Part shown: one piece after another, positions 28,243 through 38,072 of the stretch
How the letters are laid out: each line of letters begins with the position of its first letter
How positions within the stretch are numbered: the stretch's first letter is position 1
DNA from: an uncultured Clostridia bacterium
GTDB taxonomy: Bacteria > Bacillota > Clostridia > TANB77 > CAG-508
Direction of reading: 5' to 3'
Assembly (NCBI GenBank): GCA_947630235.1
Contig: CANRGN010000006.1
Span: forward strand, 2,829-66,828
DNA: 64,000 nucleotides
Position numbers and translations under genes: made by a program
The notes under the pieces: generated by a model
Database searches by the model: none
What the model saw: the letters and a program-made list of their open reading frames with translations, nothing else
What the model was told of the DNA's origin: nothing

Positions 28243-29103
28243 TTACATCTCCATTAAAAATTTTTCTACATCTTTTATAATATTGCTAGGTGTTGATGCT
28301 CCAGCTACTATTCCAATTTTTTTAGTATTTTCAAAAGAAACATTTGTTAAATCATCTTTAGTTTGTATATGATATACATTTTTACAATTCCTTTTAGAAA
28401 TATCTACTAATTTTTGCGTATTTGCACTATTTTTTCCGCCTATTACAATAATTGTATCTACTTCTTTAGATAATTTTTCAGTTTCAATTTGTCTTTCTTC
28501 AGTTGCACTACAAATAGTATTATCTATAGTAACAGGTACCTCGCAAAAATTATCTTCAATTTCTTTAGATAATGCTTCAAATTTTTTTAGATTAAATGTA
28601 GTTTGAGCAACAACATAAACTCTATCTAAACCGCTACTTTCAAATTCTTTATATGCATCAACAATTTCTGAATCATCAAAAATAACAATACTATTTTTTC
28701 CTGCAAAATCTTTAGTTGCAACACTTTCAGGATGATTTTCATCTCCCACAATAATAATAAAAGATTTATCTTTTTCTTTTTTTACTTTATCATGAATAAT
28801 TCTAACTTTACCACATGTTAAATCTATAATTTTTAAATTTTTTTTATTTGAAATTTCGTATATAGATTCTTTTACTCCATGGGCTCTAAAAATAACTATT
28901 CCATTATTTGGAACATCTTTTATATCATCAACAGTTTTTACATTTTTCTTTTCGAGTTCTTCTATAACTTGTCTATTATGAACAAGTTCACCTAAACAAT
29001 ATACATTTTCATTTTCTTTTGCTGCTTTTAATGCCATATTAACAGCCCTTTCAACACCAGGGCAAAATCCAGCTAATTTTCCAACTATTACTTCCATAAT
29101 CAA
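28243..29103 (-). CDS. ispH: 4-hydroxy-3-methylbut-2-enyl diphosphate reductase
   Basis: GFCPGVERAV N-terminal motif, conserved Cys residues, and the end motif VAGASTP. Confidence 0.95.
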   Translation of the reverse strand: MIMEVIVGKLAGFCPGVERAVNMALKAAKENENVYCLGELVHNRQVIEELEKKNVKTVDDIKDVPNNGIVIFRAHGVKESIYEISNKKNLKIIDLTCGKVRIIHDKVKKEKDKSFIIIVGDENHPESVATKDFAGKNSIVIFDDSEIVDAYKEFESSGLDRVYVVAQTTFNLKKFEALSKEIEDNFCEVPVTIDNTICSATEERQIETEKLSKEVDTIIVIGGKNSANTQKLVDISKRNCKNVYHIQTKDDLTNVSFENTKKIGIVAGASTPSNIIKDVEKFLMEM

Positions 29104-29109
29104 TTCCTC

Positions 29110-29217
29110 TTAAATCAAAAATAAAATTTCTATAAAATTATACAACAAAACCATTAAAATTGCAAAACAAATTACAGTACTTATCAATAATACCATTAAA
29201 AACTTATATTTTCCCAT
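29110..29217 (-). CDS. Possible 35-aa hydrophobic peptide upstream of ispH
   Basis: Below the track cutoff. Translation MGKYKFLMVLLISTVICFAILMVLLYNFIEILFLI with RBS ggaggt 8 nt upstream. The stop lies 6 nt before the ispH start. Confidence 0.3.
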   Translation of the reverse strand: MGKYKFLMVLLISTVICFAILMVLLYNFIEILFLI

Positions 29218-29295
29218 AAAACATATACCTCCAAAAACACATTATAATTATATATATGCATCTTTGGACAAGTTTATGAATTAAAATTGCAATAC

Positions 29296-29338
29296 TTTTA
29301 TTCAGCCTATCTCCAGAGAACTTTCCTACTGAATAAAA
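29296..29338. repeat. Short hairpin module of the dispersed element
   Basis: ttttATTCAGcctatctccagagaactttcctaCTGAATaaaa: the stem TTATTCAG/CTGAATAA encloses a conserved loop. Related copies lie at 3943-3986, 37705-37745, 48240-48278 and 15441-15478. Confidence 0.6.
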
Positions 29339-29340
29339 AA

Positions 29341-29364
29341 AGTAGGCAAATTACCTACTTTTTT
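29341..29364 (-). terminator. Bidirectional terminator after the fused ABC gene
   Basis: aaaaaaGTAGGcaaattaCCTACtttttt. Confidence 0.75.
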
Positions 29365-29374
29365 GATTTTATAT

Positions 29375-31990
29375 TTATTCTGTTCTAAGAGCTATAACAG
29401 GATCTCTCTTACTTGCAAGTCTTGATGGAATTAAGCCTCCTATTATTGTTAAAATAACACTTATAGCAACTAAAATTACTCCAGCACTAAATGGAACAAC
29501 AGTGGTTATAGTTACATTTGTAAGTTTATATATAATACTATTTATTGGGAAGGTTAATAAAATTGTAACACCAATACCTATTAGCCCAGCTATTAAACCT
29601 ACTATTAAGGTTTCTGCATTAAATACTCTTGAAATATCTCTTTTAGAGGCACCAATAGCACGAAGTATACCAATTTCCTTTGTTCTTTCTAAAACTGAAA
29701 TATATGTTATAATACCAATCATAATAGATGAAACTACTAGTGAAATTGCAACAAATGCAATTAAAACATAACTAATAGTATTTATTATTTTACTTACTGA
29801 TTTCATCATTGTTCCAATAACATCTGTATAACTAATAACATTTTCATCTTTATCAGCTTTTTGTTGTTTTTGATTATAATCTTCTATAAAATCCTGAATT
29901 TTATCTTTTGAATCAAAATCTTTAGCATACAAACTAATTGTAGCTGGTGAATTTAAATCAAAAGCTCCAAGTTTTTCTAAATTCTTTTCATAACTTGAAT
30001 TTTCATTTTCAGTATATGCTTCCATAAGTTTTGCAATTTCTTCACTAGATAATGAAGCCATTGCCATTTTTTGTTCAGGTGTTAAGCTATCATAATTAAA
30101 TGTACTAACATCATCATCTGAAGGGAAATCTAAACCAGAAAAAATATTTTTATTTTCATTTTCTTTTTGTTCTTTAACAACTTCTGCTTCATTAGATTTA
30201 TTTATTACATATTCTTTTAATTCCTTTGTATATCCAATTCCTCCTGTCATTGCCATTGCAACACTTTCTTTATTTGGTCTTATAATTCCAACTACTTTAA
30301 TTTCTTCTGCATTTGCTATTTTTTGCTTCATATATTCTTCATTTTCTGATTTATCAAGCCATATACCATTTTCCTTTTCATAATAGTCAGAATTTAAAAT
30401 AAGTTTAAAAGATAAATTTAATATATCATCATAAGTATAAGATGTTCTTTCTGGTTTAGCAACTTCTTCGCCATTTTGAATTTGTTTCATTTTTTGTTTT
30501 ACTTCATTTTGGTCTTTTAACCCTAAAGAATATAATGCATAATCACTAATTTCATTATTTTCACTAACTACTAAAACAACTTCATTATAATTTTCTGGCC
30601 AATGACCAGCTAATAAATCATTTTGAGATTTTAATAATTCTTGATTATCTAAAAGCTCTCTCCAAACATCCATTTGACTACTCATTGCAATACTTGAAGC
30701 AGATCCTGAAAGGCTCATAACACTAGAAGAATTTCTAGCATTTATCATATCTCCCATTCCCATTGCATCCATAACAGTACTTGGATTTACTCTTACTACA
30801 CCATTTGATGTATCAGTTTTGTATAGGTTCAAATTAAGATTGTAACCATAGTCTATAGCATTTGTATAATCTAAAATTTCTTTATTTTCCTCTATATATT
30901 TTTTAAATTCTTCAAGATTATTTTCTTCAACTTTACTAGACATTGTTTCTAGCAAATCATTTATAATATCTGATGAATATATTTTATTTTTATCTCTTTT
31001 TCCTTCTCCCTTTTCTGCTTCACCCATCATGGTTTCCATCATACTCGACATATCTACAGTAGATTCTTCTAATGTAATTGGATATGATGATAAAGTATCC
31101 TCTTCAACTTTATCTATATAATTTTGAACACCAGTAGATATTGCCAAAATAAGTGCAATTCCTATAATACCAATACTACCAGCAAAAGATGTAAGTATTG
31201 TTCTACCTTTTTTAGTCATTAAATTATTTAAGCTAAGTCTAAAAGCTGTAAAAAACTTCATTGATGTTCTTTTTAATTTATCTTTTTCTAAATTTTCTTC
31301 TTTTTCTTCACTTTTAATAGGAGCAGAATCATCTGTTATTTTTCCATCTAATATTTTTATAATTCTACTAGAATATTTTTCTGCAAGTTCTGGATTATGT
31401 GTAACCATAATTATAAGTTTATCTTTAGAAATCTTTTTAAGAAGCTCCATTACCTGAACACTAGTTTTTGTATCTAATGCTCCAGTAGGCTCATCTGCCA
31501 AAATTATATCAGGGTCGTTTACTAAAGCTCTAGCAATTGCAACTCTTTGCATTTGACCACCAGATAATTGATTTGGTTTTTTATGAATTTGCTCTTTTAA
31601 ACCTACTTCCTCTAAAGCTTTAATTGCTTTTTTTCTTCTTTCTTTTTTGGAAACACCACCAATAGTTAAAGCAAGCTCAACATTTGCTAAAACACTTTGA
31701 TGATTTATCAAATTATAACTTTGAAAAACAAATCCAACTCTATAATTTCTATATGCATCCCAATCCCTATCTTTAAAATCTTTTGTAGATTTTCCATTTA
31801 TAATTAAATCGCCAGAAGTATATCTATCTAAACCTCCTATAATATTAAGTAAAGTTGTTTTACCACAACCGCTTTGACCAAGAATTGATACAAATTCAGA
31901 TTCTCTAAATTCTATATCAACACCTTTTAAAGCTTCTACTTTTTCATCTCCACTTATATATGTTTTTGTAATATTCTTTAATTTAAGCAT
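29375..31990 (-). CDS. Fused ABC transporter ATPase-permease (MacB/FtsX type)
   Basis: N-terminal Walker A GQSGCGKTT, LSGGQMQR and ILADEPT. A large extracytoplasmic domain follows, then a C-terminal FtsX 4-TM module (...ILRAIGASKRDI...). Confidence 0.9.
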   Translation of the reverse strand: MLKLKNITKTYISGDEKVEALKGVDIEFRESEFVSILGQSGCGKTTLLNIIGGLDRYTSGDLIINGKSTKDFKDRDWDAYRNYRVGFVFQSYNLINHQSVLANVELALTIGGVSKKERRKKAIKALEEVGLKEQIHKKPNQLSGGQMQRVAIARALVNDPDIILADEPTGALDTKTSVQVMELLKKISKDKLIIMVTHNPELAEKYSSRIIKILDGKITDDSAPIKSEEKEENLEKDKLKRTSMKFFTAFRLSLNNLMTKKGRTILTSFAGSIGIIGIALILAISTGVQNYIDKVEEDTLSSYPITLEESTVDMSSMMETMMGEAEKGEGKRDKNKIYSSDIINDLLETMSSKVEENNLEEFKKYIEENKEILDYTNAIDYGYNLNLNLYKTDTSNGVVRVNPSTVMDAMGMGDMINARNSSSVMSLSGSASSIAMSSQMDVWRELLDNQELLKSQNDLLAGHWPENYNEVVLVVSENNEISDYALYSLGLKDQNEVKQKMKQIQNGEEVAKPERTSYTYDDILNLSFKLILNSDYYEKENGIWLDKSENEEYMKQKIANAEEIKVVGIIRPNKESVAMAMTGGIGYTKELKEYVINKSNEAEVVKEQKENENKNIFSGLDFPSDDDVSTFNYDSLTPEQKMAMASLSSEEIAKLMEAYTENENSSYEKNLEKLGAFDLNSPATISLYAKDFDSKDKIQDFIEDYNQKQQKADKDENVISYTDVIGTMMKSVSKIINTISYVLIAFVAISLVVSSIMIGIITYISVLERTKEIGILRAIGASKRDISRVFNAETLIVGLIAGLIGIGVTILLTFPINSIIYKLTNVTITTVVPFSAGVILVAISVILTIIGGLIPSRLASKRDPVIALRTE

Positions 31991-32002
31991 TTTTTTCCTC
32001 CT

Positions 32003-33787
32003 TTACAAATTTTCTTTTATTTTTTTGGCTAAATTTTCATTTATACCTTTTATACTAGTTAATTCTTCAATTGAAGCATTTTTTATTTTAGTTATAGTAC
32101 CAAAATGTTTAAGAAGTGCTTCTCTTTTTTTATCACCAATTCCTTCAATATAATCTAGCTTCGATTTTGTCATTTCTTTATCACGAAGTTTTCTATGATA
32201 TTCTATTGCAGTTTTATGTACTTCATCTTGAAGATTAGTAATAAAATTAAATAATTTATCTGAAATTACAAATTCATTTTTATTTTCATCCACTAATGCT
32301 CTAGTAGAATGAGTATTATCTTTTACCATACCATAAACAGGAATATCAACATTACAATCATCTAAAGCTTTTTTTATAGCTCTAATTTGAGTTATACCAC
32401 CATCAGCTAAAATAAGATCTGGAAGTCCACCAAAAGCATTATCATCCTTTTCTAAAGTATGCTTAATTCTTCTAGTTACAACTTCTTGCATACATCTAGG
32501 ATCATCTTGCCCAAAAACTGTTTTAATTTTAAATCTTCTAGACAAATTCCTTTTTATAACTCCATTTTGAGCTACACACATACCAGCTACTAAAAATTCT
32601 CCTGATATATTAGAAATATCAAAGCTTTCTATTTTGTATGGTAGAGAATCCAATTCCAAAACATCTTTTAACTCCTCCATAATGTAACTTTGATCTTGAA
32701 CTTTATTTTCTAAAGTAATTTTACTATTCATTTCAGCCATTTCAACAAATCGAAGTTTTTCACCCTTTTGAGGGCTCTTAATTTCTACTTTTCTACCTGC
32801 TTTTTCTGCAAGCCATTTTTCTATAAGTTCTTTATCCTCTAAATTGTATCTAATCATTATTTTATTCGGAATATCAATTCTTGTGATATAAAATTGCTTA
32901 ATAAATCCTAGTATAATTTCAGCCTCCTCCATATCGCGAAGTTCTGTAAAAAAGTAATGCTCTCTGCCTATCATTTTACTTCCACGAACAAAAAATATTT
33001 CAATGCAAACAGAAACCTCATTTTTATATAAACCTATAACATCAATATTATTTTCTGAAACATTAGCAACTTTTTGCTTTTCTGTAACTCTTTCTATAGC
33101 TAAAATTCTATCTCTAATCTCTCCTGCTTTTTCGTATTCTTGATTTATTGAAAATTCATTCATTTGCTTAGAAAGCTCTTTAATTATTTTATCAATTTTG
33201 CCATCTAATAGTAATATTATTTGGTCAATTTGCTTTTTATATTCTTCTGAAGAAACATATCTAACACATGGACCTAAACATTTTTTTATATGATAATTTA
33301 AACAAACTCTATCTTTGCTTTTAAAATTTCTACATTGACGAATTTGAAATTTTTCTTTTATAAAGCTTATCATTTCTTTACAACTACTAGAACTAGGATA
33401 TGGTCCAAAATATTTTGAGCCATCATTTAATATTCTTCTAGTCATTATAACTGTAGGATATTCTGATTTAACATCTATTTTTATATACGGATATGTTTTA
33501 TCATCCTTTAATAAAACATTGAATTTTGGTCTGTATTTTTTTATCAAATTACATTCTAAAATTAATGCCTCATCTTCACTTTCAACAACTATATATTCAA
33601 AATGATCAATTAATGAAACCATCCTTTGAATTCTAGCTGTTTTTTCATTTTTTCTAAAATATTGCCTTACTCTATTTTTTAAAATTACAGCTTTTCCAAC
33701 ATAAATTACATTATCATCTTTATCTTTCATAAGATAAACTCCAGGTTTAGCAGGCAATTTTTTTAACTCATCCTCTATATTAAACAT
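32003..33787 (-). CDS. uvrC: Excinuclease ABC subunit C
   Basis: GIY-YIG N-terminus (PGVYLMKD...IYVGKA), UVR domain, and C-terminal HhH. Confidence 0.95.
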   Translation of the reverse strand: MFNIEDELKKLPAKPGVYLMKDKDDNVIYVGKAVILKNRVRQYFRKNEKTARIQRMVSLIDHFEYIVVESEDEALILECNLIKKYRPKFNVLLKDDKTYPYIKIDVKSEYPTVIMTRRILNDGSKYFGPYPSSSSCKEMISFIKEKFQIRQCRNFKSKDRVCLNYHIKKCLGPCVRYVSSEEYKKQIDQIILLLDGKIDKIIKELSKQMNEFSINQEYEKAGEIRDRILAIERVTEKQKVANVSENNIDVIGLYKNEVSVCIEIFFVRGSKMIGREHYFFTELRDMEEAEIILGFIKQFYITRIDIPNKIMIRYNLEDKELIEKWLAEKAGRKVEIKSPQKGEKLRFVEMAEMNSKITLENKVQDQSYIMEELKDVLELDSLPYKIESFDISNISGEFLVAGMCVAQNGVIKRNLSRRFKIKTVFGQDDPRCMQEVVTRRIKHTLEKDDNAFGGLPDLILADGGITQIRAIKKALDDCNVDIPVYGMVKDNTHSTRALVDENKNEFVISDKLFNFITNLQDEVHKTAIEYHRKLRDKEMTKSKLDYIEGIGDKKREALLKHFGTITKIKNASIEELTSIKGINENLAKKIKENL

Positions 33788-33799
33788 AAAATCATTCCT

Positions 33800-34312
33800 T
33801 TAAATATAGCCTATATAAGGTAAATTTCTATACTTTTCATCATAATCCAAACCATATCCTACAACAAATTTATCTTCTATTTCAAAACAACAATAATCAG
33901 GATCAATATTTTGTGTTCTTTTACATTTTTTATCTAATAATACTGCTATTTTAACACTATTTGGATTTTTTGAATTTAAGTAATCTTTTAACCTAGTAAG
34001 AGTAAGACCTGTATCTATAATATCTTCTACAATTAAAACATCTTTATTTTCTATATCTACACCTAAATCAACATTTATATTAATAAAACCTGTAGATTCT
34101 TTTCCAACATAACTAGAAACCTTCATAAAATCTTCTGTAATATTTCTTTTTATTTTCTTAGTTAAATCACAATAAAAATATACAGCACCTTTTAATATAC
34201 AAATAACTACTAAATCTCCAGATGATTTATAATCATTATCAATTTTTTTTGCCAATTCAGATATTTTTTCATCAATTTTTTCTTTTTCAATATATACTTT
34301 TATTTTTTCCAT
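33800..34312 (-). CDS. hpt: Hypoxanthine phosphoribosyltransferase
   Basis: PRPP motif VLIVEDIIDTGLTL. Start at the ATG at 34312 with RBS gggag. Confidence 0.9.
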   Translation of the reverse strand: MEKIKVYIEKEKIDEKISELAKKIDNDYKSSGDLVVICILKGAVYFYCDLTKKIKRNITEDFMKVSSYVGKESTGFININVDLGVDIENKDVLIVEDIIDTGLTLTRLKDYLNSKNPNSVKIAVLLDKKCKRTQNIDPDYCCFEIEDKFVVGYGLDYDEKYRNLPYIGYI

Positions 34313-34456
34313 AATTACTCCCAAATTTTTAGATATATTTTACAATATATATATTTTTTTTTCAACATAAACACAAAATTTTTTCAAAAACAAAAGGCGA
34401 CTATTAGTCGCCTAAAAAAAGAAGTAAATTTATTTTATTTACTTCTTTTTTTATTA

Positions 34457-34912
34457 TTAAATATTCTTATATTCATTTATTTTTTTGTATGCATATATAG
34501 TAGAAGCAACTAAAGCAATTACTACAAATACAACAGAAGATTTTGTTCCTGTATAAGGTAATGATGAACTATTTGAAGTTGTACTTTGATTAGCATAATT
34601 ACTACTGCTTGAGCTTATATTAGAAGTTCTATTACTTGAACTTATATTAGAACTTGTATTAGTTCTCGTATTTGTGTTTGAATTTGTATTTGAATTTTCA
34701 CTTTCACTCTCATCTTCATCTTCATCATCTTCAGTACTTGTATTTGAATTAGTATTTGTACTTGTATTTCTTGAAGTTGTATTAGTTGCAGTTATTGATC
34801 TAACATTACTATTAGATGCAAAAACATTAATATTTCCAAATAAAAAACTTAATAACATAATTGTGATTACAACCAAAACAAATTTCTTTACATTTAACAT
34901 AATTCTTCTCAC
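34457..34912 (-). CDS. Small LPXTG-type (LPYTG) cell-wall-anchored protein, S/T/N-rich
   Basis: Signal peptide, then a low-complexity N/S/T and acidic (EDDEDEDESESE) body. It ends with LPYTG, a hydrophobic stretch and a basic tail. Confidence 0.75.
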   Translation of the reverse strand: MRRIMLNVKKFVLVVITIMLLSFLFGNINVFASNSNVRSITATNTTSRNTSTNTNSNTSTEDDEDEDESESENSNTNSNTNTRTNTSSNISSSNRTSNISSSSSNYANQSTTSNSSSLPYTGTKSSVVFVVIALVASTIYAYKKINEYKNI

Positions 34913-35069
34913 ATCTCCTTATAAAATTTAATCTATTAGTATTATAATATATACGAATTTTATGCGCAAGCCTTTTTTCGATTTTTTTCGATTCCAAAAT
35001 TATATTACGTTCAAAAAAGTATTTATTTCTAACCTAAAACAGTATTGTTACTTTTTTGTTACAAAAGCA

Positions 35070-36164
35070 TTACACATTAAATCTAAATAGTACAATATCT
35101 CCATCTTGCATTATATAATCTTTTCCTTCTAATCTCATAAGTCCTGCTTCTTTAACTTTAATCATCGAACCATCACATTTCATTAAATCTTCAAAAGAAA
35201 CGACCTCAGCTCTAATAAATCCTCTTTCTATATCTGAATGAATTTTACCAGCAGCCTTAGGAGCTTTAGTTCCTGTTTTTATTGTCCAAGCTCTAACTTC
35301 TGGCTCGCCAGCAGTTAAAAAAGACATAAGTCCAAGTAATTTATAACTAGCTTTTATAAGTTTATTTAATCCTGATTCATCTATTCCTAAAACTTCTAGC
35401 ATTTCTTTTTCTTCATTTTCATCCAATCCACTAAGTTCTTCTTCAACTTTCACAGATAAAGCTATAACTTCAGATTTTTCGGATTTTGCAAGTTCTTGAA
35501 CCTTTTTTACATTTTCATTATCATAAGGATTAGATACTTCATCTTCAGATACATTTGCAACATATAATACTTTTTTATTTGTAAGTAAAAAAGAATCTTT
35601 TATAACCTCTTGCTCTTCTTCTGTTAAATCAAGAGTTCTTGCTGTTTTTCCAGATTCTAATGTTTGTTTTACTTTTAGTAATGTATCTAATTCAAATTGA
35701 TACTTTTTATCTGCTTTTAACATTTTTTGAGTTTTTTCTATTCTTTTTTCTAGTGTTTCTAAATCAGCAAATATAAGTTCCATATTTATTGTTTCTATAT
35801 CTCTTAATGGATCTATACTTCCATCAACATGAACAATATTAGGATTTTCAAAACATCTTACAACTTGAAGAATACTATCAACTTCTCTAATATGTGATAA
35901 GAATTTGTTTCCTAATCCTTCTCCTTTACTTGCACCCTTTACTAAACCTGCTATATCAACAAATTCAACCACTGCTGGTGTAACTTTTTGTGGATTATAA
36001 ATTTGAGCTAGTTTTTCTAATCGTTCATCTGGAACTGCAACAACACCAACATTAGGCTCTATAGTGCAAAATGGATAATTTGCACATTCAGCTCCTGCTT
36101 TTGTAATACTATTAAATAATGTACTTTTTCCAACATTAGGAAGTCCTACTATACCTATTTTCAT
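35070..36164 (-). CDS. ychF: Ribosome-binding ATPase YchF
   Basis: GIVGLPNVGKSTLFN, DIAGLVKGAS and a C-terminal TGS-like domain. Confidence 0.95.
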   Translation of the reverse strand: MKIGIVGLPNVGKSTLFNSITKAGAECANYPFCTIEPNVGVVAVPDERLEKLAQIYNPQKVTPAVVEFVDIAGLVKGASKGEGLGNKFLSHIREVDSILQVVRCFENPNIVHVDGSIDPLRDIETINMELIFADLETLEKRIEKTQKMLKADKKYQFELDTLLKVKQTLESGKTARTLDLTEEEQEVIKDSFLLTNKKVLYVANVSEDEVSNPYDNENVKKVQELAKSEKSEVIALSVKVEEELSGLDENEEKEMLEVLGIDESGLNKLIKASYKLLGLMSFLTAGEPEVRAWTIKTGTKAPKAAGKIHSDIERGFIRAEVVSFEDLMKCDGSMIKVKEAGLMRLEGKDYIMQDGDIVLFRFNV

Positions 36165-36255
36165 TTATTTTCTCCTCTAATTATTATAAAATGTTAATAA
36201 ATAATAACTTTTCTATATATTTTTCTACATAATATACAAATTATATTTTATATTG

Positions 36256-37566
36256 TTATTTTTCAGTATAACCTGGTTTTTCTAATAATCTAAACATATT
36301 CTTTTTATATTCTTCAACACCTGGTTGATTAAATGGATCAACCTCTAATAAGTTTCCTGAAATTGCACATGCTTTTTCAAAGAAATATATAAGTTCTCCT
36401 ATGTTTTCTTCATCTAATTTATCCATTTCTATCATCAAATTTGGAACATCACCTGATGTATGAGCCTCTATAGTTCCTTCCATAGCTTTAGTATTTACAT
36501 ATCCTAATTTTTTACCAGCTAAATAATTTAAACCATCTAAATTTTGGTCATCTGGTTGAATTGTAATATCTGATGAATTTTCTTTTATATTTAATACAGT
36601 TTCAATAAGAATTCTTCTTCCTTGTTGTATATATTGACCCATTGAATGTAAATCTGTAGTTAAATCAACTCCTGCTGGAAAAATTCCTTTTAAATCCTTT
36701 CCTTCACTTTCACCATATAATTGTTTCCACCATTCAGTAAAATAATGAAGTTTTGGCTCATAATTAGCTAATATTTCTATTTCTTTACCTTTTTTATTTA
36801 ATATATTTCTTACTATAGCATATTTATAACAATCATTTTGACTAATATTATTTACTGAATATTTTTTCATTGCATTTTTAGCACCATCCATCAATTTATC
36901 TATATCAATTCCACTAGCAGCAATTGGTAAAAGTCCAACTGCTGTTAAAACAGAATATCTTCCACCAACATTATCTGGAATAACAAAAGTTTCATACTTT
37001 TCTTCATCTGCTAATTGTTTTAAAGCACCTCTACTCTTATCAGTTGTAACATAAATTCTCTTTCTAGCTTCTTCTACTCCATATTTTGTTTCTAAAACTT
37101 CTCTAAAAATTCTAAATGCAATTGCAGGTTCTGTAGTAGTACCAGATTTTGAAATAACATTAATAGAAATATCTTTATTTGATATTAAATCTAATAAATC
37201 ATTTAAATATACTGGACTCAAATTATTTCCTGCATATAAAATTTGTGGAGATTTTCTAGAATCTGATGACATAATATTATAAAAACTAGGAGTTAAAGAT
37301 TCAATAACCGCTCTAGCACCAAGATAAGATCCTCCAATTCCTATTACAACTAATACATCTGAATCACTTCTTATTTTTTTTGCAGCCTTTTTTATTCTAG
37401 CAAATTCTTCTTTATCATAATTTTCTGGAAGTTTTAACCATCCAACAAAATCATCAATTTTATCTGATCTTTTTTCTAAATCTTTTTGTATCTTTTTTAC
37501 AGAATTTGAATATTCTACTAATTCGCTTTCTGAAATTCCAGAATTTTCAAAATTAAAATTTAACAT
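36256..37566 (-). CDS. pgi: Glucose-6-phosphate isomerase (short bacterial type)
   Basis: [21 protein letters not shown] and YGESEGK motifs. Confidence 0.95.
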   Translation of the reverse strand: MLNFNFENSGISESELVEYSNSVKKIQKDLEKRSDKIDDFVGWLKLPENYDKEEFARIKKAAKKIRSDSDVLVVIGIGGSYLGARAVIESLTPSFYNIMSSDSRKSPQILYAGNNLSPVYLNDLLDLISNKDISINVISKSGTTTEPAIAFRIFREVLETKYGVEEARKRIYVTTDKSRGALKQLADEEKYETFVIPDNVGGRYSVLTAVGLLPIAASGIDIDKLMDGAKNAMKKYSVNNISQNDCYKYAIVRNILNKKGKEIEILANYEPKLHYFTEWWKQLYGESEGKDLKGIFPAGVDLTTDLHSMGQYIQQGRRILIETVLNIKENSSDITIQPDDQNLDGLNYLAGKKLGYVNTKAMEGTIEAHTSGDVPNLMIEMDKLDEENIGELIYFFEKACAISGNLLEVDPFNQPGVEEYKKNMFRLLEKPGYTEK

Positions 37567-37639
37567 AAAATTTCCTCCTAATAATTATATTATTTAATCA
37601 TTTTGTATATTATTATATATTAATAAAAATTTTAATATA

Positions 37640-37745
37640 TTTTATAATATATAATTTAAAATTTCAATTCATTTTTACCATATTTTATAAAAACTATACA
37701 AAGCTTTTAATTAAGCCTATCTACAGAGAACTTTCCTGCTGAAAA
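37640..37745. repeat. Diverged copy of the dispersed intergenic element
   Basis: tttcaattcattttTaccatattttataaaaactatacaaagcttttaattaagcctatctacagagaactttcctgctgaa aligns by eye to copy A at 3897-3980. Confidence 0.45.
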
Positions 37746-37749
37746 AAAA

Positions 37750-37782
37750 AGAAACCAACGATATAATCGTGGTCTCTTTTTT
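37750..37782 (-). terminator. Terminator after the 71-aa orphan
   Basis: GAAACCAACGatataatCGTGGTCTC imperfect stem followed by T-runs. Confidence 0.6.
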
Positions 37783-37803
37783 GTGATTGGTTTTAACGGA
37801 TGC

Positions 37804-38013
37804 TTATAGAATGAATTTGCCATTGTAAACCATGCCAAGATTATTGGCAATAGCTACGCAGTCTTTTTCCTCAATTCTAGTTTTTGAAAAAACGATAATG
37901 CCATTCTTGGTTTTCTTGACCTTTATCGTTTTACCTAGAAGCTTACTCAGCATAGCACTGTTAACATGCTTACACTTTTCAATGAGGAGCTCATTAGGAT
38001 TTACCCGCACCAA
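37804..38013 (-). CDS. Small hypothetical protein (about 69 aa), GC-richer than its flanks
   Basis: The ORF has a strong RBS, aggagg. The likely start is TTG or GTG 5-8 nt downstream; the track start directly abuts the RBS. No motif recognised. Confidence 0.45.
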   Translation of the reverse strand: MVRVNPNELLIEKCKHVNSAMLSKLLGKTIKVKKTKNGIIVFSKTRIEEKDCVAIANNLGMVYNGKFIL

Positions 38014-38072
38014 AATCACCTCCTAGTAAAGATATATTTATTATAACACACATAATAATATTATTCAACCAC

